From Octopus sinensis (taxonomy: Eukaryota), in assembly GCF_006345805.1 (NCBI RefSeq), contig NC_042997.1, forward strand, positions 205,530,001 to 205,594,000: a stretch of 64,000 bases of DNA. Reading direction: 5' to 3'. The notes under the pieces are model-generated. The model ran no database searches. It saw only the letters and a program-made list of their open reading frames with translations, and had not been told where the DNA came from. Position 1 is the stretch's first letter, and each line of letters opens with the position of its first letter. Position numbers and translations under genes: made by a program. Positions 13,191-27,400 of this stretch are shown here, one piece after another.

Positions 13191-16100
13191 TATCATTATT
13201 GAAGAAGGGTCTGGAAGCTTAAAGACCCTGCGAATGGACAGAGATTTAGAGATATGTTACTTGAAGCCTTTGACGAAATGGAAGGGGGTATAGCTACGCA
13301 TGGGGTAGAAGACAACTGGGCGCTTCTGAGGGACAACCTGCTGAAAGCCGCTGACCAGATCTGTGGCTGGTGCAAAGTCCCCTTAAGACCCAAAATAACG
13401 TGGTGGTGGAACAATATTGTTGACAGGGCTATTAGACAAAAGAAACAGGCTTGGAAGGCCTGGAAGAATGGTGGTAGCAGGGAAGTGTATCAGACTGCCA
13501 GAAGGGAAGCTAGGAGACAGGTCTATCTAGCCAGAGGGGAGGCAGATAAGGAAAAAATTTGCCAATGTCCTGCGCCGTGAGGATGAAAGACTTGAGGTAT
13601 TTTGTGTTGCAAGGCAGTGTGTGAGAGAGAATCGTGACGTGGTAGGAGAGAAATGTGTTCGCAAGGATGACGGTTCACTTGCGCTAAATGAGGATGCAAA
13701 GAGAGAGGCTTGGAGACGCCACTATGAAAGGTTGCTGAATGAGGAAAATGAATGGGATAAAGAGAGTCTCCCGAATGTCGACCCAACAGAGGGACCAGCA
13801 ATCCGAGTTAACAGTTCCTTAGTAGATAAGGCAATTAGAAGCATGAAAACAGGGAAAGCCCCAGGCCCATCAGGAATTACTGCAGAGATGCTCAAAATAT
13901 CTGGTAGTGTGGGCTATAGCTTAGTCACCCGTATAGTTAACTGGGTGATACACGAAGGAGTCATACCCAATGACTGGTGTAGCAGCATAATAGTCAACTG
14001 CTACAAAGGTAAAGGTGACGCCCTAGATACAAATAACTACAGGGGTATCAAGCTGCTGGATCAGGTAATGAAGGTTACGGAGAGGGTTATAGCCAAATTA
14101 ATTACAGAGAGAGTTAGCTTAGATGATATGCAGTTTGGGTTCATGCCAGGGAAAAGTACTACTGATGCTATATTCCTGGTAAGACAGCTGCAGGAGAAAT
14201 ATCTAGCCAAAGATAAGCCCTTGTACCTGGCTTTTGTTGACTTGGAGAAAGCCTTTGACAGGGTCCCCCGATCCCTTATCTGGTGATCAATGAGGAAACT
14301 AGGGATAGATGAATGGTTAGTGAGAGCTGTGCGAGCCATGTACAGAGACGCTGCTAGTAAGGTGAGGGTTGGCAATGAGTACAGTGAAGAATTCCGGGTA
14401 GAGGTTGGGGTCCACCAAGGTTCAGTCCTCAGTCCCCTCCTATTTATCATAGTCCTCCAGGCAATAACGGAGGAATTCAAGACAGGATGCCCCTGGGAGC
14501 TCCTCTATGCTGATGACCTTGCTCTAATTGCTGAGTCACTATCAGAACTGGAGGAGAAGTTTCAGGTGTGGAAACAAGGATTAGAATCGAAGGGCCTTAG
14601 AATCAACCTAGCCAAAACCAAAGTCCTAATAAGTAGGAAGGTGGACCATTCACAAACGACTTCAGGTAGATGGCCCTGCTTGATCTGTAAAAAAGGTGTA
14701 GGTAGAAACTCTATAAGGTGCACCAAGTGTAAGCTATGGACACATAAGAGGTGCAGCAATGTCAAAGGAAGGCTAACTAGGAAAATAGTTTTTGTCTGTG
14801 GCAGATGCTCAGGAGCAATAAACACTGGAAATGTGCAGAGACCAACTTCTACCACGTTCCAGGGAGACAAACTAGAAATAGTTGATAGCTTCTGCTACCT
14901 AGAAGACCAAGTCAGTAGCGGGGGTGGGTGTGCTGAAAGTGTAACTGCTAGAGTAAGAATAGCCTGGGCAAAGTTTAGAGAGCTCTTACCCCTGCTGGTG
15001 ACAAAAGGCCTCTCGCTCAGAGTAAAAGGCAGACTGTATGATGCATGTGTACGAACAGCCATGCTACATGGTAGTGAATCATGGGCCGTGACTGCTGAGG
15101 ATATGCGTAAGCTCGCAAGAAATGAAGCCAGTATGCTCCGATGGATGTGTAATGTCAGTGTTCATAATCGTCAGAGTGTAAGTACCTTGAGAGAAAAGTT
15201 GAACCTAAGAAGCGTCAGTTGTGGTGTGCAAGAGAGACGGCTGCGCTGGTATGGTCATGTGACGAGAATGGCTGAAGATAGTTGTTTGCAAAAGTGCTAC
15301 ACCCTAGCAGTTGAGGGAACCTGTGGAAGAGGTAGACCCAGGAAAACCTGGGACGAGGTGGTGAAGCACGACCTTCAACTTTAGGTCTCACCAAGGAAAT
15401 GACTAGAGACCGAGACCTATGGAAGTATGCTGTACATGAGAAGACCCGGCAAGACTAGTCAGGCCATAACCCGTGGCCCCTACCTGGGACGTAGTCAGTC
15501 CACCTGTGCATACCTTCCTTCTTGTGACACTTGTGAAGACCTGCTGAGGCAAGTGAAAATCAAATCAAAATAGATGAACATCAATGGAATTTGTATCTTT
15601 GTGGTACCAGTGCTGGTGGCACACAAGAAAACCATCCGAACGTGGCCGTAGCCAGTACCGCATCGACTGGCCATCGTGCTGTGGGCACATAACAAACACC
15701 ATCCGATCGTGGCCGTTCGCCAGCCTCATCTGGCACCTGTGTCGGTGGCACATAAAAACACCATCCGAAGACCCGGCAAGACTAGTCAGGCCATAACCCG
15801 TGGCCCCTACCTGGGACGTAGTCAGTCCACCTGTGCATACCTTCCTTCTTGTGACACTTGTGAAGACCTGTTGAGGCAAGTGAAAATCAAAACAAATCAA
15901 AATAGATGAACATCAATGGAATTTGTATCTTTGTGGTACCAGTGCCGGTGGCACACAAGAAAACCATCCGAACGTGGCCGTAGCCAGTACCGCATCGACT
16001 GGCCTCCGTGCTGTGGGCACGTAACAAACACCATCCGATCGTGGCCGTTCGCCAGCCTCATCTGGCACCTGTGTCGGTGGCACATAAAAACACCATCCGA

Positions 16101-16419
16101 GCGTGGCCGTCTGCCAGCCTCGTCTGGCACCTATGTCGGTGGCACATAAAAAACACCATCCGAGCGTGGCCGTTCGCCAGCCTCGTCTGGCACCTGTGTC
16201 GGTGGCACATAAAATCACCCACTACACTCTCGGAGTGGTTGGCGTTAGGAAGGGCATCCAGCTGTTGGAACACTGCCAGATCTGACTGGCCTGGTGCAGC
16301 CTTCGGGCTCCCCAGACCCCAGTTGAACCGTCCAACCCATGCTAGCATGGAAAGCGGACTTTAAATGATGATGATGATGATGATGATGATGATTATTATT
16401 ATTATTGTTATGATTATTA

Positions 16420-16467
<48 letters not shown>

Positions 16468-19400
16468 TTAATATCATCATCATCATCATCTTCTTCTTCT
16501 TCTTCTTCTTCTTCTTCTTCTTCTTCTTCTTCTTCTTCTTTCAATTTCATTTCCATTCCTTGCCAAGTGTCTTCCCAACATCTAGGACAAAAAGGTTCAC
16601 TTTGTACATGTGGTAGGCCATTAAAATAAACACACCATTTACAAAGTCATATAAAAAAGGGGAAAAAAGAAAAAAAAAGTAAACAAGGAAAATAAAAGGA
16701 AAAAGGAAATAAAATTCACAGTGGCAATTCTCTTCTCAGTGTGTGTGATGTGGCAGTTAAAACAATCTTAACAAAAATTTAAAAAATAAACAAAGAAAAT
16801 AAAGGGAAAAAAAGAAAGAAAATTCACAGCGATGATGCTCTTCTCAATACGTGAGACCAGTTACCAGTTAAGACAATCTTTTGCACCTCCTGCATGGATG
16901 GTAAGCCAAGGATCATTCTTAAATAATTTTCATTTCCCTTTTTGATCATTCCAAGTGCTCCTACAATGACTGGTATTGTAGACATCTTGAGATGCGACAT
17001 CTTTTTGATTTCAATCAGCAGATCTTTATATTTTCTGAACTTATCAAATTCTTTTGCCGAGATATCATAGACACAAAGTACGCTCACGTCAATCAATAAA
17101 CAGACTTTATTGTTTTGGTCTTTCACAACAATTTCTGGTTTATTAGCTTTGATGGTCACATCTGTACATACTGGGAAGTCCCAAAGAATCGTTACATTTT
17201 CTCCCTCTCTAACAGCCTCAGGGTGGTGCTTGTACCATTTGTCAGCAATTTTGATTTTATGATACTGATACATTATCCAAAGTAGATATTGGCCAACACT
17301 GTTGTGTCTTGATCTCTACTCTACAGGTGGTAAAAACCTTGGATCGAGAGATTAGGTGGTCCACTGTTTCAATCCCATCCTTGCAGTATTGGCACTTTTG
17401 GTCTACACCATTTTTTATCACATTGGCTTGATAGTTCCAGGTCAATAATCTCTGCTCTTGGGCAGCCAAGATAAACCTTCACTCTCTGCCGTTAGCCCTG
17501 AGCTTCTGGTCTACATCAGCTTGTTTGCTATGGGCCACATATTTGCCATGCTGGGGTTTTTGTTCCCACCAATCAACCAATTGTTCAAACGCATTTTGCT
17601 TTCCTATTGGTTTCACCTTCTTTGCAACTAGAGTTGTTGCACTTCCCTCATGCTGTTCAATTTATGTATAAACTCACTTGAACATTTTTTGCTCTCCTTC
17701 ATTACAGAAGGAAGCTTCTTATGTCTTTCATGCTTTTCAATGAGATTTAGCATCCATTTATTAGATGTTTCAAGATATTTCGCCAGTCCAGTTGTGATGG
17801 TTTTGTAGGAGATTTCAAATCGAACCAAGCCTTGACCTCCTTGAGCTCTGGGTATGTAAAGACAATCTGCATCTGCCATTGGTTGGTGCATCTTTTTGCA
17901 ACTCGGCAACTCAAGGATTTTCCTGTCAATCTTCCTTATTTCGCTCATATTCCAGTTCAACACATTGAAACTGTAAATAACAACCGGAACTGCTAAGGAT
18001 TTCATAGCTAACACTTTGTTACGTGTATTTAACTCAGATTTTAGGACTGCTTGAACTCACCTTTACCATTCCTTCTCTATCATTCTTGCATGCTGAATGC
18101 CAGAACCCTCATTTATTCCGAGGTATTTGTAAGTTTCTTCTGCTCGAGTTCTTCTATGACTGTGGCAACATCCAACTCTACTGAATGTGAGGTCTTCAGT
18201 TTCCCTTTCTGGAAAGTAACCCTGGCACACTTATCAAAACCAAATTCCATCCTGATGTCATCACTAAATGCTTTCACAGTATGTAGCAGTCCTTTAAGCT
18301 CATTATCGTCTTTGCCACAGAGTTTTAAGTCATCCATATAAAACAGATGACTTGTTTTCTTGTCCCCAATTTTATATTCATACCCTGTTCTGTTGAATTC
18401 ATCTGTAAGGGGTATTAGGGCTATGCAGAAAATTGAAGATGAAAGTAATTTTTTGTTGCAGTGTTTCTTTTGCTGAAAGCAGTTCTTCTCTTGGTGAGAA
18501 TTTATGTTTTCTCTTCATCTTTCTTCCTTTTCTGGTTTGTTCATCGTTTCCACAGATGAGTTCATTCAATATTGATATTTCATTTCTCTTTATTTCAATC
18601 TCTTTTTCAATTTTACTTTTCCAGTTTGGAATTCTTCTCAGGTTTGTATTTCTTGGTTTTTCTCAGAGGCATACAACTGGCTTCAATTGTCTTAGCAGCT
18701 GCATAAATCATTTCATTTAATTCAGTGAGATCTGGTTTTAGTTCTTGTATAATTTCATTTGTTACATAGTTTCCAATTTTAATTTGTTTTCTATTTTGGA
18801 TTACATTTGAGAATTTATGAAGGGGTTCTCTATTATGCATATTGTTGTGTCTTGCAACTGCAAGGTTATTCAAGATTTTCTGCTTCAGTTCTATCATAGA
18901 CTCTCTATGTTCTTCAGTAAAGGTGCAGTCTTCAAACACTGTTTCTTTACCACTTACCTTGTTATCTTTCTCAGGTTCATTGCAATTTATTTCTCCAGAC
19001 ATTTGCGTATTCTGGTCAGATGGCAGTCTTTTAATGGAGACTCGTGTAGAGTTGCTCTCTTCGTCTGGTTCTTCATTTCCTTGTTGTCTTATATTTAAGT
19101 CTTTTTTCTGCTGTGCACTTGATTGTGGTTATTTCACTATCTGTGAGTCTTTTATTTCTGAAGATATCCCTCCTAACATTTGCTAACTTGTTTTCCTCCA
19201 AATATAGTCTGTTGTCTTGATTTCGTGTTCTCCATATTTGATAAGAGCACATGGTGTGTTTCATTTCAGATGGCCAGCCTAATGCATAATACTAGGTATA
19301 CATTACTTCTGTATGCTCTTCTTGGGTCCATTCTGTCTGTGGTGGTGGACTTGGAGGGCTTGAGTTGGGGCAGTTCCCATTCAAGTGACCATCCAGGTTC

Positions 19401-21357
19401 ATATTCAGAGAAGGGTTTGTGCCAGTGTGTCTTTATAAGATTGTTTGTTATGATGTGTTATTTTTATGGGGCTATGCATTTAAATGCCTTTTTTTAATTT
19501 TAGCATAGTTAACTGTGTATAAGTTGTTTCCAGAAGGCTATTTAATTTAATAAAATATTGTCTAAAGTTACTTCATTAATTATACTTATTTACTTTATAT
19601 TTCTAACAAACAAAACTATAAAAAGAAATTATCGATATTATAATCAATGTCTTAAATTTAGAAGAGGATATCTATAAGGTGTTGACTTGTTCGGTCAAAC
19701 TGATATTTGGCTAATACAATTTTTACATGCAATATTCCTTACGGAAGATTTAAAAGGACAGGAGTGGCTGTGTGGTAAGTAGCTTGTTTACCAACCACAT
19801 GGTTCCGGGTTCAGTCCCACTGTGTGGCACCTTGGGCAAGTGTCTTCTACTATAGCCTCAGGCCGACCAAAGCCTTGTGAGTGGATTTGGTAGACGGAAC
19901 CTGAAAGAAGTCCGTCGTATATATTTATATATATATATATGTATGCGTGTGTGTGTTTGTGTGTCTGTGTTTGTCCCCCTAGCATTGCTTGACAACCGAT
20001 GCTAGTGTGTTTATGTCCCCGTTACTTAGCAGTTCAGCAAAAGAGACCGATAGAATAAGTACTGGGCTTACAAAAGAATGAGTCCCGGGGTCGAGTTGCT
20101 CGATTAAAGGTGGTGCTCCAGCATGGCCGCAGTCAAATGACTGAAACAAGTAAAAGAGTAGAGAGTAAAGAGAGTTTAAAATATCTTTTATTTTTTGCTA
20201 AGCACAGTAAAGGTAGGCAGGTAATAAAGAAACCCTATATTATTTGGCATTTAAATGTGTCTAGTATTAAATCTAGGAGAGTGTAGATTATTTAATTTAC
20301 ACTAGCTAGATTGTTATCCTTAACTAATTGAAAGGAAGGATTTTAGTATGACATAAAGCCATTTGTTAAATGCTTAAGTGACATTATGAAACATCAAAAT
20401 AGATATTTCTCACTTATAGCATAAAGGATGAAAATGAGTGATCGGTTGACAAAGATTCGTGTGGCATCTCAAAGATCATTCCAAATCCCTTAACATTTTC
20501 GGTTTTTATATCATTCTACCGAATGGTCTTGCGGTTTCTAGAAGCATCTTGAATCTTAATTTTTGGAACGAAAAGGGATAAAATTCAAGAGGTTTTTGTC
20601 TATATGTTAAACTGACCAATGATGACCCTACCTTTATTTCATTGATCTCACTCATTTTGCACCAATGGAATATTTTGTTGTGCTAACAAACTAATCTGCC
20701 TGGATTTATGAATAGATGTCTTTACAGTGTCACTACATACAATTGGCTGCTAGAAATTTAGAAATTTCGATATATAACAATACCTTTGCATTATATTTCT
20801 TCATAACACACGAAAGAAAGGAAGAGAAGAAAAAAAAATTCAACAAGAGAAAAAAACAATATTTTTGACGTTGTAATATCTACAACAAGATGTTCAGTTG
20901 AAAACTGTTTGAGTTTTAATTTCTACAATAAAAAAGGATTATTTGAAATATCTAATCATCATCATCATCGTCGTCGTCGTCTGCTTTCCATGCTGGCATG
21001 GGTGGGACAGGTTGACTGAGGACTGGCAAACCAGAAGGCTGCGCCAGGCTCCAATCTGATCAGGCAGTGTTTCTACAACTGGATGCCCTTCCTAATGCCA
21101 ACCACTCCGAGAGTGTAGTGGGTGGCTTTTACTTGCCACCGGCATGAGGGCCAGTCAGGCAGTACTGGCAACAACCATGTTCGAATGGTGCTTTTTACGT
21201 GCCACCAGCATGGGAGCCAGTCAGGCAGCACTGGCATCGACCACTCTCGAATGTTGCTATATGCATATTTTTGTTTCACAATGTTTTGCTTTCCTCATTT
21301 TTAGAACATACATATGCATATATAGAATGACAAAAAAAATTTGTATACATACATACA

Positions 21358-21424
<67 letters not shown>

Positions 21425-24400
21425 ATACATTTTTATATATATGCACAATTACAAAATGATTATTATTATTATTATTATTGTCTTTGCACAGTTTCTAATG
21501 CTGGAGATGTATTCAAGCAGTTCCAAGCACTGCTACTTTCTGCAAGTGCTCCACTCTTATTGCAGCCCCTATTTATTCCATGTACTTCTCAAGATATTTA
21601 GTCACTGTTCCCAGAGTTCCGACAATTACTGGTACTACTACCACCTTTTCTAGTGACAACACTGCTTAACCCCCTAAGCTAACCTGTCATATCTCTTGAA
21701 TTTTCTTTCTTCCTTTTCACATACCTTGTTGTCAGCTGGGCATGCGATATCTATGATCCGGCATAGTTTGTTTTCTTTCTCAATTAAGACTATGTCCGAC
21801 TTCCAATTTTCAATCTCATGGTCCCACTGAATCAGAAAATCCCACAGGATCTCTGCCTTATCATTTTCAATGATGCCTTTGGGTTTGTGGTCGTACCAAT
21901 ATTTTGCTCTGTCAAATCCATACTTGTTGCAAAGTGTCCAATGGACAAGCCTTGCTATATTGTGGCATCTCTTATATTCCTTCTGGGCTAGTGGCGTACA
22001 TTGACTGGTAATATGGCACATGGTTTCACCATTTTGTTCACCATTTCTGCACTTATCACTTTCTGCTGTGTTGTCTATTCTGTATTTTATGTAGTTTGTT
22101 CTTAGTGCCTGATCTTGGGCAGCACAGATTAGACCTGCCATTCCTGGTTTTAAATCACTTTTAGTCATCCTCAGTCATCTTTTATCTCTGTCTTATCTTC
22201 AGCATCCCTATGAAATTGACCATGCATTCTTTTCTTTACCCACCTGTTTTCAGTTTCATTCGTTTTCAATTTCTTGTAGAGTGCTTTATCTTTGCAATCT
22301 TTCATCCTACAAGTCTGCCTTCTTACTTCTAATATTAGCTATTCTGTGGCATTTTTTACATACCATGCTATGTTGTTTTCTTCTGCTCTAATGCTGTGTT
22401 CGCATCCAATCAGTCCTCTTGTCGCACTTTTACTTGGTATATACAGTCTGTTTGTGTCACTTTTTGTGAGGAATGTCCCATATCTTGTTAGCAACTTCCT
22501 TATCTTTCTGTCTAAGCTGTTTAGTTCATCTTCTGTCCATGCGATTACCCCTGCTCCATATCTGAAGAGTGAAACCGCCCAGCTGTTGATGGCTTTGATC
22601 TTATTCCATCCATTTAATTTCGAATTAAGGATCCATTTAATTTCGAATTAAGGATCAGTTCTCCATCAATTTATCCATTTCCAAATTCCCCAAGTCCTTC
22701 TGGCCCATCTCTTCTATCTGCTTCATAACCTCCCCCGATGGTATCATTAGCTGATCCATACATTTTATTTTGCCTCTCTTCATGACTAACACACCACACT
22801 TCCTGAGTCCGAACTCCATTCTGATATCAGCACTGAAGGTGTACACCGTATCAATGAGGGAACTGACTTGGGCTTCAGTTTGAGGTCATCCATGAATAAC
22901 AAATGGTCAACTTTTTGTTGGCGGCTTTTGAATACATACCCAGTTTTTGCTTTCCTCAGAATCAGTGTTAGTGGTATCAAGCACAGTACAAAGATCAGTG
23001 GGGACAGACAGTCCCCTTGCAAGATGCCCCTCCTGATTTCTATTGTCCTTAAACTTCTTCCATATGCTGTCAGTTCCGTCCTCTAATTCACCATACTTTC
23101 TCCAAGCAATCGCTCAACATTCGATGGAATACCAAATAGGTTCATACACTCCATAATCCAAGAATGTGGGACCATGTAGTATGCCTTACGATAATCGATC
23201 CATGACATGGCTAAATTAGTTTTCCTCCTCTTGCAGTCTCTGAGCACAGTTTTATCTATCAGGAGTTGATCCTTTGTACCTCTACACTTACACTTGCAGC
23301 CCTTCTGCTCATGTGGCAGGACTCCATTTCTTTCCAGATGGTCATACATTGACTCTGCAAGTATTCCAGTCAATAATTTCCACATAAATCGTAGACAGGA
23401 TATCGGCCTGTAATTGTCTACCAATTTTTAATGTTGATCAGGCACAGCACTGTTCTACCCAATGTCAACCACTCTGATGTTCCTTGGATGGTATTTAACA
23501 AGGTGTTGAGTTGTGCAGCTATTCATGCATGACATTCACCAAATCCAGTAGCCTTGAACTCCATCTGGTCCCGGGGCCTTCCAGTTGCTCATTTTTTTGC
23601 TGATTTCCTTCACTTCCCTAACTGAAATGGCAAGTTCTGCCTGTTTTGGACAGACCACTGTTTGTTTCAGTTCTTGTAACCATTCAGCATCCTTCTTGTG
23701 CTCCAGATGTCACTCCAAAACCTGTTATCTGGTATCAACTTTTCATCTGTACACTGTCCATTTATTTCTTTATAGAATCTCTTCTGATCTGAATAACCTA
23801 TTCTGTTGGTAACCCTTCATTCTTTGGTTGTATCTTACCATCTTTGCTTTCTTGGCAATGAAGCACTGCTTCAGTTCCTCCATTACTACTTTCAGGCCCT
23901 TTCTTTCGATATTATACTTCCTTTTCAGTACCCTGTATTGTTGTTTGCTTTTAAGCTTCCCTTACTCTTTTCAGTCTAGCACAGGGATTTCCTTCGGGGG
24001 CATATCTAACCCCACCTGTATTCTTCTTTTTCACCATGGATCTTTTCTTTTGTCACTCCCATTATGTTTCTTTTTCTTGACATCAACACCCACATTTTCT
24101 GCTACAACAATACTTGCTGCCTTGATCAAATTATTTGTTTCTGTGATGTTGTTTGTTCTGATGTATTTCAGAATTTCATTGACATTTTTCGTTTCTTGGT
24201 TCAATTTCCATCGATCAACCTTTTTAAGGTTGCAAATAATGTTGCTATTGTTCACCTTTAACCTTGCCTTTTTCCTATCTCTCATGTCACCATTAGTTTT
24301 ATTGTCTTCCTCCTGACCATCTACAGGGGTTAGACATAATAAAGGAAACACCTTAACATTTCAAACATTTATTTTAATATGGGGTAGAACTGCCTTTGGC

Positions 24401-27400
24401 AGTAATTACAGCTTGAATTCTATGAGGTATGGACTGGTACAAATTTTGACTTGTTTCCAAAGAAATTTTTGTCCATTCTTCAGCTAAAACAGTCTCCAGT
24501 TCTTGGAGTGATGATGGTGGAAGATATTGACTCCTTAATTGTTTTTCTAAAATGCACCATAAATGTTCAATAATATTGAGATCCGGGGGACTGTGGTGGC
24601 CAGATAAGATGTTCATCTTCATTAGAATGTTCCTTGTGCCATTCAGTATCAACTTTAGCTGTGTGAATTGGTGCATTATCATCCTGAAAGATTGTGTTTC
24701 CCTCCGGAATCTGTTCCGCAGCCATAGGTTGAATTTGATTGGATAAAATACTTAAATAATCTTGACTATTAATTCTGCCATGAAAGGAAACCATTGGGCT
24801 GGCGGATTTCCAAGATATAGCCACCCCCCTACGACCATCACAGATCCTCCTCCATGTTTAACAGCTAGAAGAAGGCAGTCAGTCAAATGCTTCTTTTGGC
24901 TGTTTCCACACGTATACTCAGCTGGTGTTTGGAAGTAGGCAAAGGATGACTCATCCGAGAAAATAACATTCTTCCATTGCTCTGGGGACCAATTCTGTAG
25001 GTTTTTACTCCACTCTGAACGCTTTGTAACGTTTGTTTTTGAAAGTAGTGGTTTTCTGATTACAGCTCCTGCATGAAATCTGGCTTTGTGCAGTTCCCGG
25101 TGAACGGTTTTTGTGGAAACTGGGTTCTCGAGGTGGTCATTAAGCTCTCCAGTAATTTTGGGAGCTGTACTTTTGTGATTCTTTCTAACAATTCACGTAA
25201 GAGTCTGACAGCCCCTGTCTGAAAGTTTTGCTTTTCTTCCTGAGTTTTGTTTCGACAAGGAATTTTTTCCCTCTTTCTCAAAGGCTTGCATTACTTTTGA
25301 GACAGTTCTTCTTGATACACCAAACATTTCGGCTGTTTCCGTTATGCTAATGCCTGCCATACGAATACCAACTATTTTTACCTCTTTGAAAGTCTGATAG
25401 ATCTGTCATTTTAATTACCTTTTTCTGATGATATCTGAAAATAAATAGCAATTTTAGCAAAACATATAAAGCAACACAGATACTAAATAAAAAAAAACAT
25501 AAAAAGAAACAAGCTTTTGATGGTTTTATAGATATTTCAAACTTATGATGCTATGTTTTTCCATTATTTTGTCCAACCCCTGTATATATCTCTCATTCCT
25601 GTGCTTTATTAGAAATTTCACCTCTGTTTTCTGCTATGAGATTTCTTTTACCAGTAGGAACTGTATTTTCCTCTGCTGCTGTTTTCCAATACCCATCTTT
25701 TGAGAGCTTCAAGCTCTACTTCTGTGAACCAACGAATTTTTCTTGTTGCTCTAGCTTGATCACATAATCTCTGTTCCATGAGTTGAAACAATCTTCTTTC
25801 TCTCCATTGATCATACATACATTGTTGGTATCCCCTAAGATGAACACCATTTTCATCTTTGGAGTTACTCAAACTGCAACACCCCATGACCACGGCATTG
25901 ATTTGTTTGTTCCATCTACGCCGTGTGTGCTACTCCTTTACTGGATAACGACAGGCTGGAGTCGGACCAGTATCTCTGAGCTTGCTGGGTGCAACACTGT
26001 CATCACTGTCATCATCAAGGGCTTCAGTTTCATTACCATCGTTATTCACAATATTTTTGTCATTGTCACTCATATGAGGTGGCCATTATCAGGTTATGCA
26101 ATTACCAGTGTTTTTATTGTGACACCATCACTAGATGCATCATCAATCAGAGCATACGGAGATTCCAACCACTTCCTTGTGTTATTATTATTTTCATTTT
26201 TTCTACTAATATTTGTCATTGTTAATATTTCCTCTGACCCGACTTCAGTTTTGGCTAAATTATTATTATTATTATCATTATTACCATCATTATTATTAAT
26301 TCTATTTATTATTAAAAGGTATTATTGAATGTTGTTTAGTTTCAACTTTTGTCTTGTACTTGAGATGATCATAAATATGTGAGTGTTTAAGGGAATAGTA
26401 GGAGCAAGGGAGACAGCTTGGTGAACAGATTAAATTCTACAGGTCTGTAAATAGATTTGGCAGATGGTGAAGAGATCAGCAATGGACATTCCTGTGCAAT
26501 AAGGAGACAAAAGAGGCCTCCCACCCTTGGGATCAGCAGAGGTCAAATGAGTTTACTACTACTAGCGATCAATGAGAGTGATGACCTTGGCCTTGAAAAA
26601 GAACCTATTCACCTTGTTCTATTTTTAGTTACTGATAGAAAAAATAATTTTATATATATATATATCATAGACACAGGAGTGGCTTTGAGGTAAGTAGCTC
26701 GCTTACCAACCACATGGTTCCAAGTTCATTCCTACTGCATGGCACCTAGGGCAAGTGTCTACTACTATAGCCTCGGGCTGACCAAAACCTTGTGGGTGGA
26801 TTTGGTAGACGAAAACTGAAAGAAGCCCGTCGTATATATGTATATATATATATATGTATGCGTGTGTACATATTTGTGTGTCTTTGTTTGTCCCCCCAAC
26901 ATCACCTGGCAACTGATGGTGGTGTGTTTACATCCCCGTAACTTAGCGGTTCAGCAAAAGATACCGATAGAATAAGTACTAGGCTTCCAAAGAGTAAGTC
27001 CTGGGGTTGATTTGCTTGACAAAAGGCGGTGCTCCAGCATGGCCGCAGTGAAATGACTGAAACAAGTGAAAGAGTAACAGAGTAATACACACACACACAC
27101 ATTGAATTTTTGAATTTTTTTCTTTGGAATTTTTCTTTTCTTTTTATACGTTTTGCTGTGGTTTACAGTTTTTGTAATTGTGCAGTTTGTATATATTGGC
27201 AGGTGCTTACCTTAATTTTTTGTTTTTTATCGTGCATTTATTTGTGTTGTTACAATAAAAGGCATGTTTACATGTTCTGGTATTCAGGGTAAAAAGAAAG
27301 ATAAAATTTTCGCATAAAATTGTAAATATTAAAATTTCTAAATTTTTTTAGAGATGTCTGTTTGTATGTCTGATCAGAGAAGACTGTGGTGTTTTTGCCA

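Noticed and set aside
16245-16616. Poly-E/D/N/H and poly-M/I/F ORFs
   Set aside because: Translation of a compound trinucleotide microsatellite
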